This document shows positions 21,412 to 31,224 of a stretch of DNA of 64,000 nt, piece after piece. Position 1 is the first letter of the stretch. Each line of letters opens with the position of its first letter. The translations under genes were made by a program, and so were the position numbers. Under the pieces are notes generated by a model that was not told the origin of the DNA, did no database searches, and saw only the letters and a program-made list of their open reading frames with translations. Source of the DNA: Shigella phage SSP1; the sequence record KY963424; one strand, given 5' to 3'.

Positions 21412-21834
21412 ATGAGTACAGAAAATAGAGTAATTGATATTGTTGTTGATGAGAAAGTACCTTATGGTCTTGTCATGCAGTTTATGGATGTTGATGATAG
21501 TGTCTACCCTCCCTCTGAAATACCTGTTAACCTAACAGGTTACTCACTTCGTGGAACTATTAAAGCAAGTCTTGATGAAGATGCAGAAACTTTAGCTACT
21601 TTTAAAACTCGTATAATCGATGCGGCTCAAGGAGCTGCTGCTATTAGCCTTAGTGTTGGAGATGTTAATAATATTGGTATTAAGGCATCCAAAGAGCGTG
21701 ATAAATATAACCCAAGACAACGTTTTGCAGGCTATTACGATATTCTAATGACCCGCGATGTTATTGGTTCAGAAGTCAGTTCTTTCCGTATTATGGAAGG
21801 AAAGGTTTATGTGAGTGATGGGGTAACTCAATAA
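21412..21834 (+). CDS. Tail collar protein (p132-like)
   Basis: 140 aa, same length as T5 p132; lies between pb4-like and fibre genes. Confidence 0.5.
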   Translation: MSTENRVIDIVVDEKVPYGLVMQFMDVDDSVYPPSEIPVNLTGYSLRGTIKASLDEDAETLATFKTRIIDAAQGAAAISLSVGDVNNIGIKASKERDKYNPRQRFAGYYDILMTRDVIGSEVSSFRIMEGKVYVSDGVTQ

Positions 21835-24800
21835 TGGCACTTAAAACTAAAATTATTGTACAGCAGATTCTGAACATAGATGACACTACAACTACTGCTA
21901 GTAAGTACCCTAAATATACAGTAGTTTTAGGAAATTCTATTAGCTCTATTACTGCTGGTGAATTAACTTCTGCTGTAGAAGCCTCCGCTGCTTCTGCGGC
22001 AGCAGCAAAAGGTTCTGAAATTGCTGCTAAAGATTCTGAGAATAAAGCAAAAGACTCCGAAATTATGGCGGGTATCTATGCAGATTCTTCCCAAACATCA
22101 GCTACTCAATCCGCAGCTTCAGCAGCAGAATCTGAGAAACAAGCTAGATTATCTCAGAAGAGTGCAGATGCTTCTGCTACATCAGCGGAAGAGTCTAAAG
22201 GATTTAGAGATTCTGCTGAACTAGCTGCTCAGAATGCTGAGAACAGTCGTAGACTTGCTGAACAAGCTAAGTCTGCTGCGCAAGCTGCTCAAACAGCGGC
22301 TGAAACTGCTAAGACTGGTGCTGAAACAGCAAAAGCTGGAGCAGATGCTGCTGCTACAACTGCTGGAGAACACGCTGCTGCTGCGAAACAATCAGAATTA
22401 AATGCTAAAACTTCTGAGACTAATGCTGCTAGCTCTGCTACAGAAGCGGGGGACAAAGCTATTGATGCTACTACTGAAGCAGATCGTGCTAAAGCTGAAG
22501 CAGATCGTGCAACTCAGATTGTTGATAGTAAACTTGATAAGGTAGATATTTCTGGTTTCATCAAAGTTTATAAGACTAAAGCAGAAGCCGATGCGGATGT
22601 TGGAAGTCGTGTACTAGGGGAGAAGATCCTAGTATGGAATCAAACTGATTCAAAATATGGGTGGTATAAGGTCACTGGTACTGCCGAAGCTCCTGTTCTA
22701 GAATTAGCAGAAATAGAGCAAAAGCTAGTTTCTATTAATAACGTTCGTGCAGATGACGCGGGTAACGTACAGATTACTCTTCCTGGTGGTAACCCCTCTT
22801 TATGGCTAGGTGAAGTTACTTGGTTCCCTTATGATAAAGATTCAGGTGTTGGCTATCCCGGTGTTCTGCCTGCCGATGGCCGTGAAGTCCTTCGTGTAGA
22901 CTACCCAGACACTTGGGAAGCCATCGAAGCTGGTCTAATTCCTTCTGTATCAGAAGCTGAATGGCAGGCTGGTGCAATACTCTACTTCTCCACTGGTGAT
23001 GGTTCTACAACCTTCCGTTTACCAGATATGATGCAAGGGCAGGCTTTCCGTGCACCAACTAAAGGTGAAGAAAATGCTGGTGCTATCAAAGAACAAATTC
23101 CTTATATCACCACTGTGAATGGAATTAGTCCTGCTGACGATACTGGAGCTATTAAGCTCCCTTACGTGGCGATGGTTAATGGAACTATTATACCAGATGA
23201 GAATGGAAACCTAGCACTAGGTAACGTTGTTACTAAGAATGTTTGGAATGGTACTGATGGAGAAGTTCTACTTCGTGGTGCTTTTGGTTTAGGTGGTGCT
23301 GGTATTGCGTTAAATGAACCTGATATAGTATCATTTTTTAAGGCTATGAGAGCTTTTGGCTCTGGGTATTATCGCAATGATACGGGATTTGATGGCTTGC
23401 CTGCATACGCTGCAGGTTTCTACTCCAGGGTAGCAGATACTAACTCGTTTATCTGCCCATCGTATGGTAGTGCTTCAGTATTTGTAGCTGCAATCAATGA
23501 TGCTGGTTTAGATAGTGAAAACCCTATTGTTCATACTAATATTCTTTATGGTACTGTTAATAAGCCAGATCTAAATGGTGATACTAATGGAGTTCTTAGT
23601 GTTGGTAAAGGCGGTACTGGAGCTACCACAGTTAGTGCTGCTAAGAAAGCTTTAGAAGTTGGTGGAGTTTTCTGTAATGATAGCCCAGCTGATGCTGCTT
23701 TCAACTCTCTCCAGAGCCCTGCTGGTATTCATGAGTTTAGACTAACTAATGAGGGGTTATGGGGTGTATGGAAGAAGGGGGAAGAAACGGTAGCTGCGTT
23801 GCCTATAGGCTCTGGTGGTACAGGAGCTACTGATAAAGTTGCTGCACGTGATAACTTTGAATTGGGGTATCATAATACTCCTAGATTTACTGGGGTAGAT
23901 CTATCTAATCCCGAAAGCATACCCTATAGTGGTATCCTTAATCTAAACAGGCTAAAGGAATCTGATCAAAATGTTATTACTCAGGGTAGAATCTATCATG
24001 AGATGCAATCAGATTTGGCTAAAATTACCCTTCATATTAACAATACTTTAAATGGTGCAAACCGTTATATACAGTTTGTAGAAAATGGTGATTTAACTGG
24101 GCTACAGAATGTACATGCAGTTAACTACCTTGCAAGTGGTTATGTTACAGCCCAGGGATGGATCAAAGGCGGGGAAAAAATCTATATACAGCAAACAGGT
24201 GGGGGCAACAGGGAAATTAGTATGGCTGTACCTACTCCTAATAATGACCCTGGTGCTGGTTCTTGGGTTAACTTACTACAGGGTAACTGGTATAACGGTT
24301 ACTGGCAAGTAGGTGGTATCCGTGGTAGTGGACCGGACTTAGACTGCCTCCGTATTGGAGTTAACAACTCTGGTACAGATTGGAAGGAATTCAATTTCTA
24401 CAACTCCTATGGTGGCCATATAACTGCTCCAAAAGGTTTTCGTGGTCAGTGTACTCAAGGATATTGGGGCTTAGAGTGGGATTACATGGGCGCCCCATTT
24501 CATGCAGAGTCTGTAGCAAATAATGATGGTGGTTGGTCTCCTATAGTATCGGGAGGTTCTTTATCCGCTGGTGGATATCATTTAAGAATAGGCCTTGGCT
24601 GTATCTCTAATGGTAACGCTGCATGGCCTGACGCTGCTCTTAAGTTAAATGGGGATGGCCAGTTCCACCGTTCATTCAACTTTAGAACAAACGGTAGCGT
24701 GTATACTTGGGGTAATGATCCTTGGGGAGGTAACTATGACTTTGCTATGAACCCTTCTTCAGATAGAGATATCAAAAGAGATATTAATTATGATGATGGG

Positions 24801-25184
24801 TTAGCCTCCTATGAGAATATAAAGCAATTTAAACCTACCACATTTATCTATAAACTAGATAAGTATAATCGTGTACGCCGTGGTGTTATTGCTCAAGATC
24901 TTTATAAAATTGACCCTGAGTACGTAAAACTGGTTCCTGGTTCCCCTATCATAGAAACTCCAGAACATCATTGCTGTGACGAAAAAACTGAGAACGTAGA
25001 AAGTAAGATCATTGACTATGAGGATGATACTTTAGCTCTGGATATTAACCCGATCGCTATTGATACGGCATTAGCAGTTCGTTACTTGTCTCTAAAGTTC
25101 GAAGAGTCCCAGGAAGAACTGAAGTCCGTTAAGGCAGAACTGGCAGAGTTAAAAGCTCTAGTAGCCACTCTGGTAAATAAGTAA
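21834..25184 (+). CDS. L-shaped (lateral) tail fibre protein A with C-terminal S74 intramolecular chaperone domain
   Basis: 1116 aa; N-terminal Ala/Ser/Glu-rich coiled-coil; two GGTGAT...A(A/K)K.LEV-type fibre repeats; C-terminal ~150 aa (SSDRDIKRDINYDDGLASYENIKQFKPTTFIYK ... AELKALVATL) has the hallmarks of the self-cleaving S74 chaperone domain. Confidence 0.8.
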   Translation: MALKTKIIVQQILNIDDTTTTASKYPKYTVVLGNSISSITAGELTSAVEASAASAAAAKGSEIAAKDSENKAKDSEIMAGIYADSSQTSATQSAASAAESEKQARLSQKSADASATSAEESKGFRDSAELAAQNAENSRRLAEQAKSAAQAAQTAAETAKTGAETAKAGADAAATTAGEHAAAAKQSELNAKTSETNAASSATEAGDKAIDATTEADRAKAEADRATQIVDSKLDKVDISGFIKVYKTKAEADADVGSRVLGEKILVWNQTDSKYGWYKVTGTAEAPVLELAEIEQKLVSINNVRADDAGNVQITLPGGNPSLWLGEVTWFPYDKDSGVGYPGVLPADGREVLRVDYPDTWEAIEAGLIPSVSEAEWQAGAILYFSTGDGSTTFRLPDMMQGQAFRAPTKGEENAGAIKEQIPYITTVNGISPADDTGAIKLPYVAMVNGTIIPDENGNLALGNVVTKNVWNGTDGEVLLRGAFGLGGAGIALNEPDIVSFFKAMRAFGSGYYRNDTGFDGLPAYAAGFYSRVADTNSFICPSYGSASVFVAAINDAGLDSENPIVHTNILYGTVNKPDLNGDTNGVLSVGKGGTGATTVSAAKKALEVGGVFCNDSPADAAFNSLQSPAGIHEFRLTNEGLWGVWKKGEETVAALPIGSGGTGATDKVAARDNFELGYHNTPRFTGVDLSNPESIPYSGILNLNRLKESDQNVITQGRIYHEMQSDLAKITLHINNTLNGANRYIQFVENGDLTGLQNVHAVNYLASGYVTAQGWIKGGEKIYIQQTGGGNREISMAVPTPNNDPGAGSWVNLLQGNWYNGYWQVGGIRGSGPDLDCLRIGVNNSGTDWKEFNFYNSYGGHITAPKGFRGQCTQGYWGLEWDYMGAPFHAESVANNDGGWSPIVSGGSLSAGGYHLRIGLGCISNGNAAWPDAALKLNGDGQFHRSFNFRTNGSVYTWGNDPWGGNYDFAMNPSSDRDIKRDINYDDGLASYENIKQFKPTTFIYKLDKYNRVRRGVIAQDLYKIDPEYVKLVPGSPIIETPEHHCCDEKTENVESKIIDYEDDTLALDINPIAIDTALAVRYLSLKFEESQEELKSVKAELAELKALVATLVNK

Positions 25185-25189
25185 GAGTA

Positions 25190-25214
25190 TAGGGGAGTAA
25201 TTCTCCCCTATTTA
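25190..25214 (+). terminator. Hairpin between the two fibre genes (possible attenuator)
   Basis: 8-bp stem TAGGGGAG/CTCCCCTA, loop TAATT, followed by a weak TTTA tract. Confidence 0.3.
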
Positions 25215-25227
25215 CTAAGGAAATACT

Positions 25228-27315
25228 ATGTCACGTAATTTAATGCCTAAATCTGGCGCAATGGCGCCTTACGTAGTAGTTAACAGAGACGCTGCAGTTG
25301 CTGGTGTTTTCTCTGTCGATGGAGAGGCTGGTGCTGTTGTACTAACTTCCAAATATCTACAAATTACAAAATATACTACTGATAAAGCTGCTACTGATGC
25401 ATCTATTAATAGTATTAATGAATCAATTGGTAATATTAATACTGCATTAGGTGGTATTAATACTACTTTAGGTACTAAAGCTGCTAAAGGTGCTAATAAC
25501 GATATTACAGAATTAAATGCACTGACTAAAGCTATTACTATTGCTCAGGGTGGTACTGGTGCTACTACGTTAGAGGGTGCTAAGAAGGCCTTACAAGTTG
25601 AGCGCCTTCGCCAACAGAGTAATGGAACTTTTATTGTATCTCCTAATGAGAAATATTCTTTATTTATATATGATAGTGGAGATTTTGGTCTACTTGATAA
25701 TTCTACCGCAGCAGTACAAGCATTAAAAGTTGCATTTGGTGGTACTGGAGGAACTACTCCAAAAGCAGCAAGAAAAAATCTTAATGTTCCGGTTGGCGCC
25801 TCGGCTGAAAAAATTGCTGATGGGGAAGATGTTCTAAACTATATTGCGGTTGCAGGTCAAAGTGGATACTATTCATCTGGTGAATTAATAGTTAATGGGC
25901 CTCCTAAGCAAGAAGGTTGGTGGGCCTATAACTTCCACTGTCATGGTGTGGATATTAACGGAGCTGCTCAGTATGGTACACTAAAAGCTACAGGAGCACT
26001 TGGAAGTACTTGGATCAATATTCTAGATGGTACAGACAACTGGAGAGGATGGAAAGAGCAATTTAATACCCAGTCTATCATACAGTTTTCAAATGGGGGT
26101 ACTGGTGCTACTTCTAAAGATGGTGCAAGAACTAACCTGGATATTGACAGATTCAAACAAAGTGCTACTGAGACTATGGTATATGCTCCCGGAAGTGGAT
26201 TTAGAATCACTGCTAGGCCTAATGGGGAATGGGGTACATGGAGAGATGATACCGGTACTTGGGTTCCTTTGGCTATTACAGCCGGGGGTACAGGAGCTAA
26301 TTCTGCCGACCAAGCTAGAAAAAATCTAGAGTTAACAGAGTGGAACCTCTTATCCTCTATGGATGGTAAATACCCTAATGGGTTTAATTTTGACACTCTT
26401 GCTGTAAATAGTAAGTTTACTGTTCCACCTACTGGAGGAAATATTGTTGGTACCCGACCATACCAACAAATAAACGGGTTGGAAGACGCTTGGTTTTTCC
26501 TAGAGACTCTAGTACACCCAGATCCTAACTATAGAATGCAAAGAGCCACCACGTTTACAGGAACTTGGAAAGGTTCAGTAAGCGTACGTATTATGGAGAA
26601 TGGTACTTGGGGTGTATGGCAACAAGCTCATGGGGCTTTGGGGCAATTAGTTAATGCAATCTCTAACCGAGGTGCCATTAGAGTACAGGGGGCTGCAAGT
26701 GGGGAATCTGGGTCACTAATAAGTGGTGCTATTACTGGTGGTTCATTTACTGATTGGAGATCAAGACCTACAGGAGTACTAGTAGAACATACTGGATTGG
26801 ATTCTGCATCTTCTGTATTTAAAAGCGTAATGTGGGGTGTAGACTGGTTAGCCGGTATGGATGTAGTAGGCTGGAGTGCCGGCGGTGCACAGTTAAACAT
26901 GTATTGCAGGGGGGCTGAGTTTCGTTTTGATAGCGCTGGTAATGCTGTTGGTGGTAACTGGGTAAGCAGTTCTGATATTCGCATGAAAGCCAATCTTAAG
27001 GAAATTGAGAATGCTCGTGATAAGGTTAAGTCTCTAGTAGGCTATACATACTACAAGAGAAATACTCTAGCAGAAGAAAGAGATACCGTGTACAGTACTG
27101 AGGCTGGTGTTATCGCTCAAGATGTGCAATCTGTTCTCCCAGAAGCAGTGTACAAGATTGAGCCACAAAAAGAAGACAGTATGCTTGGTGTCTCCCATGC
27201 AGGTGTCAATGCTCTTCTAGTTAATGCTTTTAATGAACTTAACGAAGTTGTTGAAAAGCAGCAACAAGAGATTGATGAGCTTAAGAAACTGGTAAAACAG
27301 TTACTTGATAAATAA
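25228..27315 (+). CDS. L-shaped (lateral) tail fibre protein B with C-terminal S74 intramolecular chaperone domain
   Basis: 695 aa; six copies of the GGTGA(T/N)...AR.NL.(L/V) fibre repeat; C-terminus (SSSDIRMKANLKEIENARDKVKSLVGYTYYKR ... IDELKKLVKQLLDK) is an S74 chaperone domain. Confidence 0.8.
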   Translation: MSRNLMPKSGAMAPYVVVNRDAAVAGVFSVDGEAGAVVLTSKYLQITKYTTDKAATDASINSINESIGNINTALGGINTTLGTKAAKGANNDITELNALTKAITIAQGGTGATTLEGAKKALQVERLRQQSNGTFIVSPNEKYSLFIYDSGDFGLLDNSTAAVQALKVAFGGTGGTTPKAARKNLNVPVGASAEKIADGEDVLNYIAVAGQSGYYSSGELIVNGPPKQEGWWAYNFHCHGVDINGAAQYGTLKATGALGSTWINILDGTDNWRGWKEQFNTQSIIQFSNGGTGATSKDGARTNLDIDRFKQSATETMVYAPGSGFRITARPNGEWGTWRDDTGTWVPLAITAGGTGANSADQARKNLELTEWNLLSSMDGKYPNGFNFDTLAVNSKFTVPPTGGNIVGTRPYQQINGLEDAWFFLETLVHPDPNYRMQRATTFTGTWKGSVSVRIMENGTWGVWQQAHGALGQLVNAISNRGAIRVQGAASGESGSLISGAITGGSFTDWRSRPTGVLVEHTGLDSASSVFKSVMWGVDWLAGMDVVGWSAGGAQLNMYCRGAEFRFDSAGNAVGGNWVSSSDIRMKANLKEIENARDKVKSLVGYTYYKRNTLAEERDTVYSTEAGVIAQDVQSVLPEAVYKIEPQKEDSMLGVSHAGVNALLVNAFNELNEVVEKQQQEIDELKKLVKQLLDK

Positions 27316-27321
27316 AAGAAA

Positions 27322-27346
27322 ACCCCAGTGGATTGCCCACTGGGGT
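27322..27346. terminator. Bidirectional rho-independent terminator between convergent late and early modules
   Basis: 10-bp stem ACCCCAGTGG/CCACTGGGGT with 5-nt loop, flanked by AAAAGAAA upstream and TTATTATT downstream, so it is U-tract-competent on both strands. Confidence 0.75.
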
Positions 27347-27352
27347 TTATTA

Positions 27353-27619
27353 TTACCTGCTACCAGCAATAATACCTAAATTAAACACTGCTAACATAGC
27401 TCGAAGAGTAGGATCTTCTGAATTACTACATAGTTCGATAAAAGCCTCCTCATCCCAATGGATTACATTGCCTTCACGATCTACTTTGAGAACTACGTTA
27501 TTCATGTCTGGTTCTGCTACCATAACATGATGATATGTAGCGGGATGTTCAAATGATCCTACCATATTAGGATCAACAAAATTATTTACTTCCTGAACTT
27601 CCAAATCCACCTTCTCCAC
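27353..27619 (-). CDS. Hypothetical protein
   Basis: 88-aa ORF, last gene of the leftward operon; real start may be an internal Met, which would remove the overlap with dut. Confidence 0.35.
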   Translation of the reverse strand: MEKVDLEVQEVNNFVDPNMVGSFEHPATYHHVMVAEPDMNNVVLKVDREGNVIHWDEEAFIELCSNSEDPTLRAMLAVFNLGIIAGSR

Positions 27620-28028
27620 GATTAGTCTCCTCTAGTTCGTCAACGATTTTAAAATTATGGGTTGAGTAGTGTGGTACTATCACCAACTGACAAAGTCTTT
27701 CGAAATTTTCTAATGTTTGTATTTCAGAACCGTAGTTAAATAGATTCATCTTAATAGTTCCACGATAGTCTGAGTCAATCACTCCTGCGGTGTTTGCGAT
27801 CATCAGATGACGCTTACCTAAAGAGCTGCGAGGAACTACCAAACCGAACCAACCTCGCGGAATTTCCACCGCGACACCGGTGTCAATCATTAAGGATTTG
27901 CCTGGTGCAATAGCACGTAAATCTGCGGCAGGGTTAGTACCAAAGAACGCTCGTAAATCCATACCTGCGGCATCTTCGGAACCAATCTTAGGCATACAAT
28001 CTGGATGAGTTAATTTAATTTTAATCAT
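27582..28028 (-). CDS. dut: dUTP diphosphatase (dUTPase)
   Basis: 148 aa with all five trimeric dUTPase motifs: AAGMDL, PRSSL, GVIDSDYRG, RLCQLVI, RGEGGFGSSG. Confidence 0.95.
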   Translation of the reverse strand: MIKIKLTHPDCMPKIGSEDAAGMDLRAFFGTNPAADLRAIAPGKSLMIDTGVAVEIPRGWFGLVVPRSSLGKRHLMIANTAGVIDSDYRGTIKMNLFNYGSEIQTLENFERLCQLVIVPHYSTHNFKIVDELEETNRGEGGFGSSGSK

Positions 28029-28900
28029 TGTTCTGCAATCTCCAAAATATCTTTTGTAAACTTATCTAATACATCTTGACCTACAGCAGCAATAGCATCT
28101 ACACAGTAGGTAGGTAAATCAACCAGAATTAAGTTTCGGTAAAGCAATTCTTCCGAAGCATTTAAATTCTGTATATATTTCTGTTTTCCAGGTAGTGGAA
28201 GCTGATCAATAATATCCAGAACGTTACCAAATTCACGAATAATATTATACCCGCGTTTTGCCCCAATACCTTCAACACCACGGATATTATCCCCTAAATC
28301 ACCCATAATTGCTTTCAGAGAGATAAACTGCTCTACATCGTCAACATTATGATGCTCATACATATCACGAAGATGGTATTCGCGACGTGTTGTAAAAGAG
28401 AAGCGAGAAACTTTATCAGTTAATAAAGTATCCCAGTCACCATCAGTAGAAATCAACCAAACGTGATCATACAGATGTCCAATGAGTTTAACGATATAAG
28501 CCGCCATATCATCTGCTTCTACACCACGAATAGTGAATGTTGGGAATGTAGTTTCACATAGTTCGAAAGCATCTTTCAAATACTCGAAGAACTGCTCATC
28601 TAACGCTTTCTCCTCTTCCGTACGCTGCGAGTATTTCTCATCTCGATTCCCTTTATACTCAGGGAGATGCTCTAAGCGGAATGCAGACTTCCCTTTATCT
28701 CCTAAAACTATTGTAGTTCTAGCGGAATAAGATTTTGCTAGAGACTGAATAGTGGAAACATAACTTGAGGCAAATGGTTTTTTACTGTTATTATGCTTGA
28801 AGCGAAAGCCTAAGTTAGTTCCATCAACAATCATTAGGTTACGACGGGAAGCCATTTCAGCTTCCTCTTCTTCAATAAATTTTCCCCAGGATTTACTCAT
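28025..28900 (-). CDS. 5'-3' exonuclease / flap endonuclease (T5 D15-like)
   Basis: 291 aa (same as T5 D15); N-terminal acidic metal-binding residues and helix-3-turn-helix region typical of FEN/5'-nuclease family. Confidence 0.85.
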   Translation of the reverse strand: MSKSWGKFIEEEEAEMASRRNLMIVDGTNLGFRFKHNNSKKPFASSYVSTIQSLAKSYSARTTIVLGDKGKSAFRLEHLPEYKGNRDEKYSQRTEEEKALDEQFFEYLKDAFELCETTFPTFTIRGVEADDMAAYIVKLIGHLYDHVWLISTDGDWDTLLTDKVSRFSFTTRREYHLRDMYEHHNVDDVEQFISLKAIMGDLGDNIRGVEGIGAKRGYNIIREFGNVLDIIDQLPLPGKQKYIQNLNASEELLYRNLILVDLPTYCVDAIAAVGQDVLDKFTKDILEIAEQ

Positions 28901-29382
28901 TATTTAATTAAGTCCTCAACAGATGCATGATGTAGCCACGGCTCAAATAAACCAATTACGATTTCCATGTCTTTCTTATTTAACACCATATGGGTACGAC
29001 TCATTAAGTTGTCAACCATCGGGTCTGAGCTATCCAAAGCTATTAACCACTGTCCTCTGTCTTTCTTGAATATTAATGCAGGTTTGGAGTTCATCTGCTC
29101 ACCTTCACGTGAGCACTGCTGCCACCACTTCTCTAGAGTGGATTCACCAACATTAAATAAATTACTTGATATATTATCATCTTTATACCACTTAACTTCG
29201 AAGCAGTATTTACTAATGTGTCCGCTTTGTGGTGGAAGGTAGATGTCACCCTTCAATCCGTGGCTCTGGCCAAAAGCACCAGAACCAGGAACACGTTCCC
29301 ACTCAAGACCTGTACGTTCACGTAAAATATCTCTTACCTGATATTCACCACGTTTACCCTTCTCTCTACTATCTACAGCCAT
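28900..29382 (-). CDS. Putative PD-(D/E)xK nuclease, Hjc-like resolvase fold (T5 D14 position)
   Basis: 160 aa; GEYQVRDIL ... GSG ... GDIYLP ... FEVK pattern resembles archaeal Holliday junction resolvase-type PD-(D/E)xK nucleases. Confidence 0.4.
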   Translation of the reverse strand: MAVDSREKGKRGEYQVRDILRERTGLEWERVPGSGAFGQSHGLKGDIYLPPQSGHISKYCFEVKWYKDDNISSNLFNVGESTLEKWWQQCSREGEQMNSKPALIFKKDRGQWLIALDSSDPMVDNLMSRTHMVLNKKDMEIVIGLFEPWLHHASVEDLIK

Positions 29383-29385
29383 GTT

Positions 29386-31224
29386 TTATTCTAAGTAGGA
29401 AAATCCTTCTGCATCTTTTTTGACAGTAATCTTATGGGCCAATGGATGCGTATGCCCATGAGAAACAATGATAGAATTTAGACTTTCTTCCTCATTTAAT
29501 AATTCAACAAGGGTGTCAAGTCCTTTAGTATCAATAAAGCTAATTACTTCATCAAGGAATAGAAGATTAATATTAACTTTACTAATAGATGTTAGTAGCA
29601 TTCGAATAGCTAACAGAGTTGCTAGGTTGATTCTACTTTGCTGACCAGTAGAGCAGTTCTCCATACTGGTACGGTTTCCATCATTGAAGATTACTACTTG
29701 TAATTTCGTTTCATCAAGCTCAAATCCAAGTGCGAACTTACCGCCAGTCATAATAGAAAGGTATTTATTGATAAGCTCTTCAAATACTTTCACACTATGC
29801 TCTAGTTTATACCCTACCAGATTTTTCAATGCGGCGATCAGAATATCGAGATCAGCAACAGCTTCTGATACTCCATCTAGTTTGGAAGTAATCTCAGACA
29901 TTTCTGCCTCAGCTTTCTCAATCTGTTCTAGTTTCGCTCTATATTTTGCATTGGCTAATTCAACATTTGCATTATGCTCTTTGGCAATTGCAACCTTAGA
30001 ACGTCCGTCAGCGATTTCCTGTTCTAGTTGTCGGATTTGCACCTGTAGGTTTTGCACATTGAGTTCTTCAAAAGAGGCATCACTCATTGAATTTTTGAAC
30101 TCGTCTCTAGCTGCTACTGCTTTATCCAAAGCATCCTTTGCTCTGATATACGTAGTGTACTCAAGTTGTTCTTTCTTCAGCTGTTCTAGCTTGGTTTCAA
30201 GAGATTGCTTCTCTTTGAACAGAGGATCATATTCTGTTCTAGCCATATCCATTGCTTTTTGAGCAGCAGTTATATCCAGATGAGTACCACAAGTAGGACA
30301 TTCAGTATTTGAAGCCTCTTGCTTGAACTTCTGATAACGTTTCTTGACTTCGCCCGCACGTGAGGTCACAATTGTTAGGTCACGCGTAACACTCGAGATC
30401 TCTTCATTTTGGTCGGTGGGCGCAGGTAAATTTTTGAAAGGCTCGAAAGATTGTTCGGCAACTTGTACAGCTTTGTCCAAATTACGCAATTTAGTAATAT
30501 TAGCCTCTTGAGACTTGGCTAATGCCGCCTTAATTTTCGATTCAGTAAGTTCTTGTGCTAAGGGTTCTTCGTCAAACTCAGGCACTTCGACTGGTTCCTG
30601 CAAAGTTCCCAGATTATTCTTTCCATTAAGGATTTTCGTAATTACAGCCATTTGGCCCTGCAAATTATTCAAGGTATTTGCTATTTCTTTACGGTCGGCC
30701 TTAATAGTTTCTGACATTTCTTTGTACTGTTCTTGATTGAACAAGTTAACAAGAAAAGCCTTACGTGTTGCATCTGTTGCTTTTAGAAAATCTAGGTTGG
30801 AACCCACTGATTGATAAATTAGTTTGGTGAATGTTTGGAAGTCACCACCCATAATCTCTTCAATCATCTTGTATGTTTGAGTTGCCGTGTGGCCACTAAT
30901 ATCTTCTCCATTCTTAATAAGAGTTACTTTAGCAGTTGATTTAACTACTTTATGCAATTCATACTCATCTTCATCTTTTGAGAAGTAAGCGTGCATATCA
31001 TACTCTTTTTTCGGAGAAGACCAGGAGAACAGAGCATCCTTCTTAATACCACGTGAGTTCTTATTATAAAATAGTTCTTCAATAACAGTAGCAATAGTGG
31101 ATTTTCCTAACCCATTGCCACCAATTAGTTGGGTAACTGGATTCTTATCGAAATGAATTACGATGTCCTTACCGTAAGACATAACGTTACTAAATTTTAG
31201 TGTCTTAATTGTAATCTTTGACAT
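29386..31224 (-). CDS. SbcC/Rad50-like recombination ATPase (T5 D13 position)
   Basis: Walker A GGNGLGKST, long coiled-coil with CPTCG zinc hook, ABC signature STGQQSR, Walker B LLFLDEV. Start set at ATG 31222-31224 (MSKITIK...); the longer six-frame ORF to 31305 overlaps the upstream gene by 100 nt. Confidence 0.85.
   Translation of the reverse strand: MSKITIKTLKFSNVMSYGKDIVIHFDKNPVTQLIGGNGLGKSTIATVIEELFYNKNSRGIKKDALFSWSSPKKEYDMHAYFSKDEDEYELHKVVKSTAKVTLIKNGEDISGHTATQTYKMIEEIMGGDFQTFTKLIYQSVGSNLDFLKATDATRKAFLVNLFNQEQYKEMSETIKADRKEIANTLNNLQGQMAVITKILNGKNNLGTLQEPVEVPEFDEEPLAQELTESKIKAALAKSQEANITKLRNLDKAVQVAEQSFEPFKNLPAPTDQNEEISSVTRDLTIVTSRAGEVKKRYQKFKQEASNTECPTCGTHLDITAAQKAMDMARTEYDPLFKEKQSLETKLEQLKKEQLEYTTYIRAKDALDKAVAARDEFKNSMSDASFEELNVQNLQVQIRQLEQEIADGRSKVAIAKEHNANVELANAKYRAKLEQIEKAEAEMSEITSKLDGVSEAVADLDILIAALKNLVGYKLEHSVKVFEELINKYLSIMTGGKFALGFELDETKLQVVIFNDGNRTSMENCSTGQQSRINLATLLAIRMLLTSISKVNINLLFLDEVISFIDTKGLDTLVELLNEEESLNSIIVSHGHTHPLAHKITVKKDAEGFSYLE

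Noticed and set aside
29684-30736. Plus-strand ORFs (192 aa and 73 aa) inside the SbcC-like gene
   Set aside because: Antisense to a gene with Walker A/B, zinc hook and ABC signature; Ser/Cys-rich low-complexity translation from the complement of a coiled-coil region.
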